Part shown: positions 30,191 to 39,403 of the stretch, one piece after another
How the letters are laid out: every line of letters starts with the position of its first letter
How positions within the stretch are numbered: the stretch's first letter is position 1
Assembly: GCA_002479145.1 (NCBI GenBank)
Contig: DLLX01000017.1
Span: forward strand, 18,872 to 82,871
Direction: 5' to 3'
Length of the DNA stretch: 64,000 nucleotides
Source: Prevotella sp. UBA7551
Lineage (GTDB): Bacteria > Bacteroidota > Bacteroidia > Bacteroidales > Bacteroidaceae
Made by a program: the position numbers and the translations under genes
Notes under the pieces: generated by a model
The model's input: only the letters and a program-made list of their open reading frames with translations
Told to the model about the DNA's origin: nothing
Database searches by the model: none

Positions 30191-31222
30191 ATGAGCAAGA
30201 ATACAAAACAATACTTAGGAAAATCTTGGAACTCCTGCATCGCGAAAAAAGGAGGATTCCTTTTCATGGCGCTATGTCTGTTGACGACGCTGCTTTCGGG
30301 CTGCAAGACAGACAGCGAGAGTGATCTTCTCACTCCGGATGAGGGAGAGACAACAAGCGGAAAAGTGGTTATCAATGAAATATGTGGCAAGCAAGACCCT
30401 GACGATGACTGGCTGGAGCTTTACAATCCGTCGAAGGATGTGGCCGACCTTAGCGGGGCACAAATTGTGAAAACAGACGAGGAAGGCAAGGAAGAGGTCA
30501 TTTTCACCTTCGCAAAGGGTAAGGCCATAAAGCCTGGAGAGTATCTTGTGGTGGCCACACTGACCGGTGAGCTTCAGGCAGGAATATCCAACTCCAAGGA
30601 AGTGGGGCTCCGTCTGGTGGCTGCCAACGGTGAGGTGATGGACCAATTCGACCGCGATAAGAATGTGGGCGAGGGCAAATCGCACAAAGAAGGGGGCAGC
30701 TACGCCCGCATACCCGACGGCACAGGCTCATGGACTGTTGTGGAGAAGGCCACTCGCGGTGCCTCTAACGGTGATTCATCCACGATTGGTGGTGGAAGCG
30801 ACAATGGCAAGTTGGTCCTCAATGAGGTGTGTGGTAAGCAGGATCCTGACGATGACTGGCTGGAGCTTTACAACAATTCGAAGGCAGACAAAGACCTTTC
30901 TGGGGCACAAATCGTGAAAACGGATGAAGACGGAAACGACGAAGTCATCTTCACTTTCGCCGCGGGTGCAGTGGCTAAGGGCAAGTCCTATGTGGTGGTA
31001 GCCACGCTCACAGGCGAGCTTCAGGCTGGCATATCCAACAAAAAGCAATTGGCCTTGACGCTGAAAGCGGCAGACGGCACGGTGATTGACAAGTTTGACC
31101 GCAACAAGGATGTAGGCGATGGCGTGCAACACGAAGCTGGTGGCAGTTACGCCCGGGTGCCCAATGGCACTGGTTCTTGGAAGGTCGTGGCCAAGGCAAC
31201 GCGCGGAGAGGCAAACAGTTAG
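30191..31222 (+). CDS. Lipoprotein with two tandem lamin-tail domains
   Basis: Lipobox LLSGC and two highly similar repeats (V.NE.CGKQDPDDDWLELYN...GGSYAR.P.GTGSW..V.KATRG..N). Start could be 30191 or 30266. Confidence 0.82.
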   Translation: MSKNTKQYLGKSWNSCIAKKGGFLFMALCLLTTLLSGCKTDSESDLLTPDEGETTSGKVVINEICGKQDPDDDWLELYNPSKDVADLSGAQIVKTDEEGKEEVIFTFAKGKAIKPGEYLVVATLTGELQAGISNSKEVGLRLVAANGEVMDQFDRDKNVGEGKSHKEGGSYARIPDGTGSWTVVEKATRGASNGDSSTIGGGSDNGKLVLNEVCGKQDPDDDWLELYNNSKADKDLSGAQIVKTDEDGNDEVIFTFAAGAVAKGKSYVVVATLTGELQAGISNKKQLALTLKAADGTVIDKFDRNKDVGDGVQHEAGGSYARVPNGTGSWKVVAKATRGEANS

Positions 31223-31279
31223 TATGTGGTTATAGTCAATTAACAATTATCAGTGGATCTGAAAAGCCAAAGTACAATT

Positions 31280-32440
31280 ATGACTCACCGTTTATCCAAC
31301 CGTTTATCCGCCCTTCTTTCGGTCTCTTCTTACTGGGGAGGTCGGATGGGGGCATTCCTTTTCCTTTTTCTCCTGCCCTTCTTTGTGGGCGCGGAGACCA
31401 TAAAGTTTGTGTTCGTTTCCGACTGTCACTACGGCCTTTCGCGCACCTTCCGTGGCCAAGAGGGTGTTTCAGCCCAGGCCGTCAGCCGTGCCATGATAGA
31501 GAAGATTAACCTCCTGCCCGGGTCAGTACTGCCCAATGATGGCGGCGTTTGTGGTGGACAAAAGGTTGGAGTGATTGATTTCGTGGCCAATACCGGCGAC
31601 ATTGCTAATCGCATGGAACCGGGAATACAGACTGCGGCGTGCTCGTGGGAGCAGTTTTTGGGAGACTGGACGACCCTGCTCGACGTGAAGTGCGACGGCG
31701 GTAAGAAAGCGCCGCTCTATCTCTTGCCTGGCAATCACGATGCAACCAATGCCATAGGCTGGTGCAAGCCCATGCATCCCGACCGCGATGCTACGGCTAT
31801 GGCCGGGATATTCAACCTGATGATGAAGCCCAAAGTAGCACGCACTGCCGAGTCGTTCGACTATCAGGAAGATAAAGTGCAGTATTCGTTTACGCTGAAA
31901 GGTGTACACTTCGTGTTCGCGGGGATATGGCCCGACACGCCAACACGCCGATGGATAGAGACCGATATGGCACAAGCGGGTGCGCAACTGCCTGTCATCT
32001 TGTTTGTTCATGACCAACCAGATGTTGAGGCTAAGCACTTCATCAACCCCAATGGCAAGCATGACCTCAACCCCGAAGACCGTTTTGAGAACCTTTTGGC
32101 GGACACATCGAGTGTGCGAAACCGCAAGGATGTGCCTGTGAAAGAGCGTGCCCAACTGGCTGATTTCTTAGCCAAGAACAGGCAGATTAAGGCCTATTTC
32201 CATGGCAACGAGAACTACAATGAGTTTTATCGTTGGCCTGAGGGAGGACAAAAAGAGTCTACGCCCATTTTCAGAGTAGACTCTCCCATGAAGGGTGTGT
32301 ATTCTTCGGCCGATGAAAGTCTGCTTTCCTTCATCTTCGTCTGTATCGATACCGATGCTCACAAGCTCACGGCAAGGGAGTGTCTTTGGAATGCAGGCAA
32401 AGGTTTGAGCTGGGGAGAGCATGCCACAATAGCCTTTTAA
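31280..32440 (+). CDS. Exported calcineurin-like metallophosphoesterase
   Basis: SDCH, TGDIAN, PGNHD, FVHD and FHGNEN motifs; hydrophobic signal segment. Confidence 0.85.
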   Translation: MTHRLSNRLSALLSVSSYWGGRMGAFLFLFLLPFFVGAETIKFVFVSDCHYGLSRTFRGQEGVSAQAVSRAMIEKINLLPGSVLPNDGGVCGGQKVGVIDFVANTGDIANRMEPGIQTAACSWEQFLGDWTTLLDVKCDGGKKAPLYLLPGNHDATNAIGWCKPMHPDRDATAMAGIFNLMMKPKVARTAESFDYQEDKVQYSFTLKGVHFVFAGIWPDTPTRRWIETDMAQAGAQLPVILFVHDQPDVEAKHFINPNGKHDLNPEDRFENLLADTSSVRNRKDVPVKERAQLADFLAKNRQIKAYFHGNENYNEFYRWPEGGQKESTPIFRVDSPMKGVYSSADESLLSFIFVCIDTDAHKLTARECLWNAGKGLSWGEHATIAF

Positions 32441-32661
32441 CTTCGCTTGCAGGGGCTTTTCTTTAGGGTATGCGTACAAAGTTTAACTTCGGACATTATA
32501 TATTATTTAATTTATAATGTCCGTTGCTTTGTTTAACTAAATTGCCGGGCACAATTAATCTTTATTTATTGTGAGTTTTGGTAATACTCTCTATCTTTGC
32601 ATCGTCATCCAAATAAAGGGTGGCAACAACTTTTTACGTACAACTTTAAAACAAGACAGAA

Positions 32662-32940
32662 ATGAAAAGGATAGTTTTGGCAGCCGCAATGGCCGCATTC
32701 TTGGTAAACGGAGTGTTGGCAGTAAATGTTGAGAATGGCCCCCAGAAAGCAAAGACTGAGCAGAAAGCAACCTGCAAGAAGGCAGACGGAAAGGCTAAAT
32801 GTGCTAAGGACGCTAAATGTGCAAAGGCAAAGAAGTGTGCCAAGAAGTCATGCTGCAAGGCTGCTCCTGCAAAGAAGAATGCTGGAAAGGCTGGCGCACC
32901 TTGCTGCAAGGCACAGAAGAAAGCAGCAGCAAAGAAGTAA
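32662..32940 (+). CDS. Small exported Lys/Ala/Cys-rich protein
   Basis: Signal peptide, 8 Cys (KCAK x3, CC x2), its own promoter (TATCTTTG at 32592) and terminator. Confidence 0.75.
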   Translation: MKRIVLAAAMAAFLVNGVLAVNVENGPQKAKTEQKATCKKADGKAKCAKDAKCAKAKKCAKKSCCKAAPAKKNAGKAGAPCCKAQKKAAAKK

Positions 32941-32975
32941 TGGGAATGGCATAAAGGGCCTACCATACTCTATCA

Positions 32976-33023
32976 ATAACGAAAAGGCATCATTCATCGA
33001 GTTGAATGATGCCTTTTCGTTAT
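32976..33023. terminator. Bidirectional terminator between convergent genes
   Basis: Perfect 21-bp stem ATAACGAAAAGGCATCATTCA / TGAATGATGCCTTTTCGTTAT. Confidence 0.8.
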
Positions 33024-33093
33024 GTTTCAGAATCACTGATTTCTTTCAATGAGCATGATTATAATTAGTGAATCGAATGGCTGGCTGATAAAT

Positions 33094-33711
33094 TTACTGC
33101 TCGGGTAATCCGTGCAGCAAGTCGTTCATGTCACGTTTGAGTTGATCCATGTCCTTGAATACGATGCCGTGCATGCCTGCTTCTCGCGCCCCTTCGATGT
33201 TGGCGGGCCGGTCATCGATGAACACACACTCCTCTGGACGGACACTAAACTTCTTGCAAAACAGCTCGTAGATGTCGCGTTCAGGCTTCAGCAAGTGGCA
33301 AGAATAGGAAATCAGACAGTCCTCCAACGGCTCGAAGACACGGGGGAAGCGCGCGATGACGTCGTGAACCTTGGTTGACCAGTTGCTCAATCCCAACAAA
33401 CGGTACCCCTCCGACTTCAGTTGGCACATCCATTCGTACATGCCCACAGTCTCGCCTGTGAAGAAATCGGCAAAGTGATGGTCAAAATGGTCGATGGCTT
33501 CCGCATATTCCGGCCACTGACGCTTCTGCCTTTCTATATAATAAGAGAAAGGATGGAGTGCGCGGTCCACCTCATTGTTGAAGCTCTTGGGCAGCACCTG
33601 CTCAAAAAAGTGGCGCGCTTTCTCCTCGCTGTGGAAGTACTCTGTGAAATAAGCGATGTAATCGTACTGCACCAACACACCGCCAAAGTCGAATACAATG
33701 TTCTTTATCAT
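33094..33711 (-). CDS. HAD-family phosphatase
   Basis: IVFDFGGVL, LSNW, KP and FIDDRPANI. Start ATG 33711. Confidence 0.9.
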   Translation of the reverse strand: MIKNIVFDFGGVLVQYDYIAYFTEYFHSEEKARHFFEQVLPKSFNNEVDRALHPFSYYIERQKRQWPEYAEAIDHFDHHFADFFTGETVGMYEWMCQLKSEGYRLLGLSNWSTKVHDVIARFPRVFEPLEDCLISYSCHLLKPERDIYELFCKKFSVRPEECVFIDDRPANIEGAREAGMHGIVFKDMDQLKRDMNDLLHGLPEQ

Positions 33712-33815
33712 CTTGTTTCTTGTTTTGGTCATCCTCCATTTCGGGTGACGTGATTTAGTATCTCTTATTAACTTGCTGCGCTGATTTTGTTCGTTCGTGG
33801 CATGACTAAGCCCCA

Positions 33816-34865
33816 CTATGCTCCCTCGCGGAGGAAGTCAAGGGCCTCATGTGCCTCCTCATCGCTGATGACTTGGTCCACAATGGGCTTCCCAATGTCT
33901 CCAAGCAGCACGGTGTTGATATGTCCATGGTGCGACTTCTTGTCGTGGTGCATGAGCGTAGTCAGCTCCGCATAGTCGTCGCAGGTGATGGGGGGCGTGC
34001 CATAGTAGCTGCGTATAAAGTCCACGGTCTGTCGCATGGTGTCGGCGGGGAAGCCCTCGCGGACGGTGGAGAGATACAGCTCGCACACCAAACCGAAAGC
34101 CACGGCGTGCCCATGGAGCAGTGCCTTCCTGCCGAGCGACCACTCTTCTATGGCGTGTCCGAAGGTATGCCCCAGGTTGAGGGCTTTGCGGATGTCCTTC
34201 TCGTATGGGTCTTGGTCAATGAAGCGCGCCTTAATGGCGATGTTCTCACCAATCATTGTGGACAAACGGTGCCAGTCGGGTTGTGAAAGGTTGAAGTTTA
34301 TCAGCTCGGCCCAGTTCTCCCGGGTGTCGAGCAGGCCGTGTTTGAGCATCTCTGCATAGCCGCTTCGCAGATTGTCTGAATCCTGACTCTTGAGCCAACA
34401 GGGGTTGATGATGACGCGTGTTGCCTCTTTGAACGTCCCAATTTCGTTTTTCATGCCTCCGAAATTGACCCCAGTCTTTCCGCCTACACTCGCATCAATC
34501 ATGGCCAACAGCGTAGTCGGCACGTTGATGAAGCTGAGTCCGCGCTTGAATGTCGCCGCCGCAAAGCCGCCAAGGTCTGTTACCATCCCGCCTCCCAAGT
34601 TGATAACGAGTGAGTGTCGGTTGGCTCCGCCTTTCTGTAGGCGTTCCCAGACGCGGGTGAGTTGCCTCAAATTCTTATTGGCATCGCCATCGACAAGCAT
34701 GATTACCTCTGCTTGTCGCAAGGTGGGGAACTTGGCTATCTTGCTCCAGCAGTACCGATGGGAGCTGGTGTCGCAGATGACGAAGATTCCATCGTGCTCA
34801 CATTCGGAGATGGCCAGCGCGAGATCGCTCTCGAAATGCTTTGATAAGATGACTCTTTGTTCCAT
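33816..34865 (-). CDS. aroB: 3-dehydroquinate synthase
   Basis: GGGMVTDLGGFAAATFKRG, PTTLLAMIDASVGGKTG and LNLGHTFGHA. Confidence 0.94.
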   Translation of the reverse strand: MEQRVILSKHFESDLALAISECEHDGIFVICDTSSHRYCWSKIAKFPTLRQAEVIMLVDGDANKNLRQLTRVWERLQKGGANRHSLVINLGGGMVTDLGGFAAATFKRGLSFINVPTTLLAMIDASVGGKTGVNFGGMKNEIGTFKEATRVIINPCWLKSQDSDNLRSGYAEMLKHGLLDTRENWAELINFNLSQPDWHRLSTMIGENIAIKARFIDQDPYEKDIRKALNLGHTFGHAIEEWSLGRKALLHGHAVAFGLVCELYLSTVREGFPADTMRQTVDFIRSYYGTPPITCDDYAELTTLMHHDKKSHHGHINTVLLGDIGKPIVDQVISDEEAHEALDFLREGA

Positions 34866-35133
34866 AGGTTGTTTCCTTTTAGTATATACAAAATTAAGTT
34901 TTTTGTCTCTAACTACAGAATAACAACTTCCATCTTTAACAATAATACACATTTTGTTTTCTGCTTTTGCTCAATCTTCGGGCTTAGTGTGCAAGGGAGT
35001 AAACTATATAGTCGTGCCTTTATGATGTCCTCGCCGTTTGCTGTTGGGATGATATTCCCTTTCCTTTGATACTGATTAAACCCTGAGGTGGCTTTTTCAT
35101 CCAACAAAAGGAAGTAATTTCAATATAGGTAAA

Positions 35134-38127
35134 ATGAACAGAAGAAGACGATTTGCAACGCTCTTGGTATTGCTCTTGACCCTATTGTCGGCCTCGGCGC
35201 AGCAGCAGACCATCACCGGTCACCTGCTCGATGGGCAGCACAAGCAGCCGTTGAGCTATGCTGTAGTGCAACTGTTAGGCCGCGACAGTACCTATGTGTC
35301 GGGCACGACAAGCGATGACACGGGCCGTTTCGTGCTGCAAGCCCCACGGGATGGCAACTATATTGTGAAGGTATCCTTCGTGGGAATGCGCACCCTATGC
35401 CGCGATGTGGCCCTTTCCGCTGAGTCGAAGGGGACGGATGTGGGCACGTTGACGCTCCGTCCAGACGAGCATGTGCTCCGAGAAGTGACGATTGCCGCAC
35501 AGGCTCCGAAGGTCGTTTTGAAGAACGACACCTTCCAATACAACGCTTCTGCCTATCGGGTAGCAGAAGGCTCCACGGTCGAAGCACTGGTAAAAGTACT
35601 TCCAGGGGCAGAGGTTAGCGACGATGGTACGGTGAAAATCAATGGGAAAGAGGTGAAAAAGATACTTGTCGATGGCAAAGAGTTCATGACAGGAGACACC
35701 AAAACGGCACTGAAGAACCTGCCAGCCTCCATCATTGAGAAGGTAAAGGCTTACGATCAGCAGAGCGACCTGGCCCGAGTGACAGGAATTGACGACGGAG
35801 AGGAGCAGACCGTGCTCGATTTCGGGATGAAAAAGGGCATGAACAAAGGATTCTTCAGCAACATCAGTCTATCTCTTGGCACACATGGACGATACAGTGA
35901 GCGCGGCATGGCGGCCTATTTTAAGGACAAATTCCGCATGATGGGATTTGCCTCGGCCAACAACGTGGGGGACATGATGTTCGGAGGAGGCCCCCGCGGC
36001 GGCTTCGGGCAAATGCGTCAGGGACTGAACAGCAGCAAGATGGCGGGGATCAACATGAACTATGACAATGGGAAGACATTTCAATGGGATGGCTCCCTGC
36101 GCTGGAACCATAATGACGGCGACCTCAGTGCCAAGGTGTTTAGTGACAATTTCGTTGCTGCCCAGCGCGCATACAGCAACCGTCTCCAGCAGAAATATAC
36201 TCGCAGCAACAGTTGGGACGGCCGTTTCCGGCTGGAGTGGACGCCCGACTCGATGTGGAACATCATGTTCCGTCCAAGTTTACAGCTCAGCAAGAGCGAC
36301 GAACTGGACGTAAGCAGCTCTGCCACCTTCTCCGATGACCCCTATTCGCTTACCGACGACCCGCTCTCGGAGCCGGGATTGGCTGCGGCTGAGGCTGCCC
36401 GCGCTCTGGTCAACCGCCAGAAAAACACGACCGTCAGCTATGGCGACAATACCGCTGCGGCCGCATCGTTGCAGATTAACCGCAAGTTGTCGGCCAATGG
36501 CCGCAACGTCACACTCCGGTTGGACGGCAACTATAAGGATGCCGATTCAAAAACCTTTTCGACCCAAGACCTTCAGTATTTCCAGATGCTTGACGCAACG
36601 GGGCAGGATTCCCTATATCATGCGTACAGATACAACCTCATGCCGACCAAATCGCACAGTTTGGGCGTTGAGGCCACTTATAGTGAGCCGCTGGCCAGCC
36701 GCACCTATTTGCAGTTGAGCTATCAATACAGCTACGGATTCAACAAAAGCGACCGCTCCACCTACGATTTCTCCCGCCTGGGCAGCGGCTTCTTCGGGTC
36801 TGTCGTGCCCGATTACCGCTCGTGGGGCAGCTATCTGGCGCTGCTGCAGTCTCCCTTGGAAGACTATTTCGACCAAAACCTGAGCCGATACTCTGAGTAC
36901 AGGACCCATACGCAGAACATCCAGCTCATGATCCGTACCAGCCGGGCGCACTTCCGGTTCAATGCCGGCGTACAGTTGCAGCCCCAACACAGTATCTATC
37001 AGCAGGATTACCTCGGCGTTCACGTCGATACGGTGCGCAACACGTTCAACTGGAGCCCCACACTCGACCTCCGCTACAAGTTTTCCCAGCAGAGCAGCCT
37101 TCGCATCAACTACCGTGGCACGGCCACACAGCCCACAATGAGCCAGCTTCTGGACATCACCGACAACACCGACCCGCAGAATGTGAGCGTCGGCAACCCG
37201 GGCTTGCGTCCCGCTTTCACCCACAGGCTTCGCTTGTTCTACAATGGTTATCGGCAGAAATACACTCAGTCGTGGATGACTTTCCTCAATTTCTCCTCTG
37301 TACGCAACGCTATTGGCAACAGTGTGACCTATGATGCCGTGTCGGGAGCGCGCGTTGTGCGCCCCGTCAACATCAACGGCAACTGGAATGTGGATGCTGC
37401 GGTGATGTTCAATAGCAGTATCGACACGCTCGGAGTGTGGAATGTGAACACCTTCACGACTGCGGCATACAACCGCTATGCCTCTCTCCTGCAGCAGTCC
37501 CGCAGCAGCGCAGTGGAGAGAAACGTCACCAACCAGACCACCTTGGGCGAACGGCTGACCATCAGTTACCGCAACAGCTGGCTGGAGGTAGCTCTTGACG
37601 GTTCGGTGGACTACAACCGCACCCAGAACCAGTTGCAATCGGCGCAAGACCTCAACACTTGGCGCTACGCCTATGGTGGCTCCATCAACCTGACTGCGCC
37701 CTGGGGTACGAGCATATCGACCGACATCCACATGAACAGCCGCCGCGGATACAACGATGCCGCCTTAAACAGCAACGAATTGCTGTGGAATGCACAGGTG
37801 GCGCAGAGCTTCCTGAAAGGTAAACCGCTTACCATTTCGCTCCAGCTCTATGACATTCTCCACCGCCAAAGCAACCTCTCGCGCGCTGTCAACGACATGG
37901 GACGCACTGATACGGAGTACAACAGCATCAACAGCTATGCCCTGCTCACCCTGTCCTACCGCTTCAATCTCTTCGGGGGGAAGCCGCAACGTCCCTCTGG
38001 TGGGGCACGGCCTGGCGATGACGACGGCGGTCCGGGAATGCCTCCACCCCCAGACGGGGGACGGGCGCCAATGGGTGGGTCAGGTGGAAGGCCTCCTATG
38101 GGTGGCCCTGGCGGACGGCCTTTCTAA
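35134..38127 (+). CDS. Outer membrane beta-barrel / TonB-dependent receptor-like protein with N-terminal carboxypeptidase-regulatory-like domain
   Basis: Signal peptide, DTFQYNA...LPG...INGKEVKKILVDGKEF, GNPGLRP and a Gly/Pro-rich tail. Confidence 0.85.
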   Translation: MNRRRRFATLLVLLLTLLSASAQQQTITGHLLDGQHKQPLSYAVVQLLGRDSTYVSGTTSDDTGRFVLQAPRDGNYIVKVSFVGMRTLCRDVALSAESKGTDVGTLTLRPDEHVLREVTIAAQAPKVVLKNDTFQYNASAYRVAEGSTVEALVKVLPGAEVSDDGTVKINGKEVKKILVDGKEFMTGDTKTALKNLPASIIEKVKAYDQQSDLARVTGIDDGEEQTVLDFGMKKGMNKGFFSNISLSLGTHGRYSERGMAAYFKDKFRMMGFASANNVGDMMFGGGPRGGFGQMRQGLNSSKMAGINMNYDNGKTFQWDGSLRWNHNDGDLSAKVFSDNFVAAQRAYSNRLQQKYTRSNSWDGRFRLEWTPDSMWNIMFRPSLQLSKSDELDVSSSATFSDDPYSLTDDPLSEPGLAAAEAARALVNRQKNTTVSYGDNTAAAASLQINRKLSANGRNVTLRLDGNYKDADSKTFSTQDLQYFQMLDATGQDSLYHAYRYNLMPTKSHSLGVEATYSEPLASRTYLQLSYQYSYGFNKSDRSTYDFSRLGSGFFGSVVPDYRSWGSYLALLQSPLEDYFDQNLSRYSEYRTHTQNIQLMIRTSRAHFRFNAGVQLQPQHSIYQQDYLGVHVDTVRNTFNWSPTLDLRYKFSQQSSLRINYRGTATQPTMSQLLDITDNTDPQNVSVGNPGLRPAFTHRLRLFYNGYRQKYTQSWMTFLNFSSVRNAIGNSVTYDAVSGARVVRPVNINGNWNVDAAVMFNSSIDTLGVWNVNTFTTAAYNRYASLLQQSRSSAVERNVTNQTTLGERLTISYRNSWLEVALDGSVDYNRTQNQLQSAQDLNTWRYAYGGSINLTAPWGTSISTDIHMNSRRGYNDAALNSNELLWNAQVAQSFLKGKPLTISLQLYDILHRQSNLSRAVNDMGRTDTEYNSINSYALLTLSYRFNLFGGKPQRPSGGARPGDDDGGPGMPPPPDGGRAPMGGSGGRPPMGGPGGRPF

Positions 38128-38293
38128 ACCCTAAAGCCTCCCTATCCGGCAATGACAGCTGGCCGAGCAAGAGGAGAATGATGGAAAAACAGCTAAAAGA
38201 GAACCTGAATGCTATGCCATTCAGGTTTTTTTCGTATTTTTGCACGGGAGATTTGTGCTCCAATATAAAATGAAGACAAAAACAGAATAACCA

Positions 38294-39253
38294 ATGTTAC
38301 TAAATTCTTTGTGGATTATTGTAGGCGTGGTGCTCGTCATCTGGGGCGCAGACCGCCTCACTGCAGGCTCCGTAGCTGTGGCAGAGCGGCTGCATGTGCC
38401 CCAAATTGTCATCGGACTGACTATTGTTGCCTTGGGCACATCGATGCCCGAGCTGTGTGTCAGTGTCGTGTCCGCCCTCCGGGGCACACCCGACTTGGCC
38501 GTGGGAAACGTGGTGGGGAGTAACGTTTTCAACGCATTGCTCATCGTTGGCGTGGCCGCTCTGGTTGCTCCCATGACCATTTCGCCCCAAACTGTCCGCA
38601 AGGACATCCCTTGGACACTCGTCGCTTCGGTCATATTGTTGATGATGTGCCAGAACGATTGGGTCATTACGCGCATCGATGGCGCCGTGCTTTTCATCCT
38701 TGCCGTGGTTTTCATGTGCCTCACCTTGAGAGGGGCGCAGACCGCCAAGCAGCCTGATGAGCCCGAAGGCCAGCCTTCCGCGACAGATAAAAAGCCCATG
38801 GCAGCCTGGTCGGCTGCGCTTTGGATAGTAGTGGGACTGGCCGCACTGATAGGCGGAAGCAACGTCTTTGTGGGCGGAGCCACCGAGGTGGCCAAGGCAC
38901 TCCACGTCAGCGACGCGGTCATCGGGTTGACCATCGTGGCCGGCGGCACTTCCCTGCCCGAACTGGCTACCAGCGTGGTGGCCGCACGACAAGGGAACAG
39001 CGGCATCGCCATCGGCAACGTGCTGGGCAGCAATGTGTTCAACATTCTCATGATCATCGGCCTTACCGGCCTCATCTCGCCCATGTCCATCCAGGGCATC
39101 ACCACCGTCGACCTCTCCATGATGGTCATCTCGATGATGATACTATGGCTCTTCGCCTTTACCAAGTATCGCGTGGAGCGCTGGGAGGGCGCCGTGCTCG
39201 CCACCGTATTTGCCGGTTACATGGTGCATCTCATCAGTGCCGCCATGGCATAA
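38294..39253 (+). CDS. Calcium/sodium antiporter (YrbG family)
   Basis: Two alpha repeats: GTSMPEL/GTSLPEL and GNVVGSNVFN/GNVLGSNVFN. Confidence 0.93.
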   Translation: MLLNSLWIIVGVVLVIWGADRLTAGSVAVAERLHVPQIVIGLTIVALGTSMPELCVSVVSALRGTPDLAVGNVVGSNVFNALLIVGVAALVAPMTISPQTVRKDIPWTLVASVILLMMCQNDWVITRIDGAVLFILAVVFMCLTLRGAQTAKQPDEPEGQPSATDKKPMAAWSAALWIVVGLAALIGGSNVFVGGATEVAKALHVSDAVIGLTIVAGGTSLPELATSVVAARQGNSGIAIGNVLGSNVFNILMIIGLTGLISPMSIQGITTVDLSMMVISMMILWLFAFTKYRVERWEGAVLATVFAGYMVHLISAAMA

Positions 39254-39266
39254 GGCGCAAAAGAAT

Positions 39267-39307
39267 GGAAAAAGTCCTGCCACACTCACTGCGGCAGGAC
39301 TTTTTCC
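39267..39307 (+). terminator. Intrinsic terminator
   Basis: GGAAAAAGTCCTGCC / GGCAGGACTTTTTCC. Confidence 0.75.
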
Positions 39308-39365
39308 TTCAAAAAGAAGGCTTCTTCAGAGTTTTATTTGTAACTTTGCACCCGCAAACTTACGT

Positions 39366-39400
39366 AGGGGTACTTGCTCAACCCCCTTTAACAAAACAAG
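39366..39400 (+). ncRNA. preQ1-I riboswitch aptamer
   Basis: P1 AGGGG/CCCCU, loop UACUUGCUCAAC, and A-rich tail AACAAAACAAG whose CAAG can pair with loop CUUG (pseudoknot). It sits between promoter TAACTTTG (39341) and a queuosine-precursor transporter gene. Confidence 0.85.
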
Positions 39401-39403
39401 AAC

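Noticed and set aside
37975..38127. Gly/Pro-rich tail of the outer membrane protein as a repeat element
   Set aside because: Low-complexity coding tail that is common in this Bacteroidota family.
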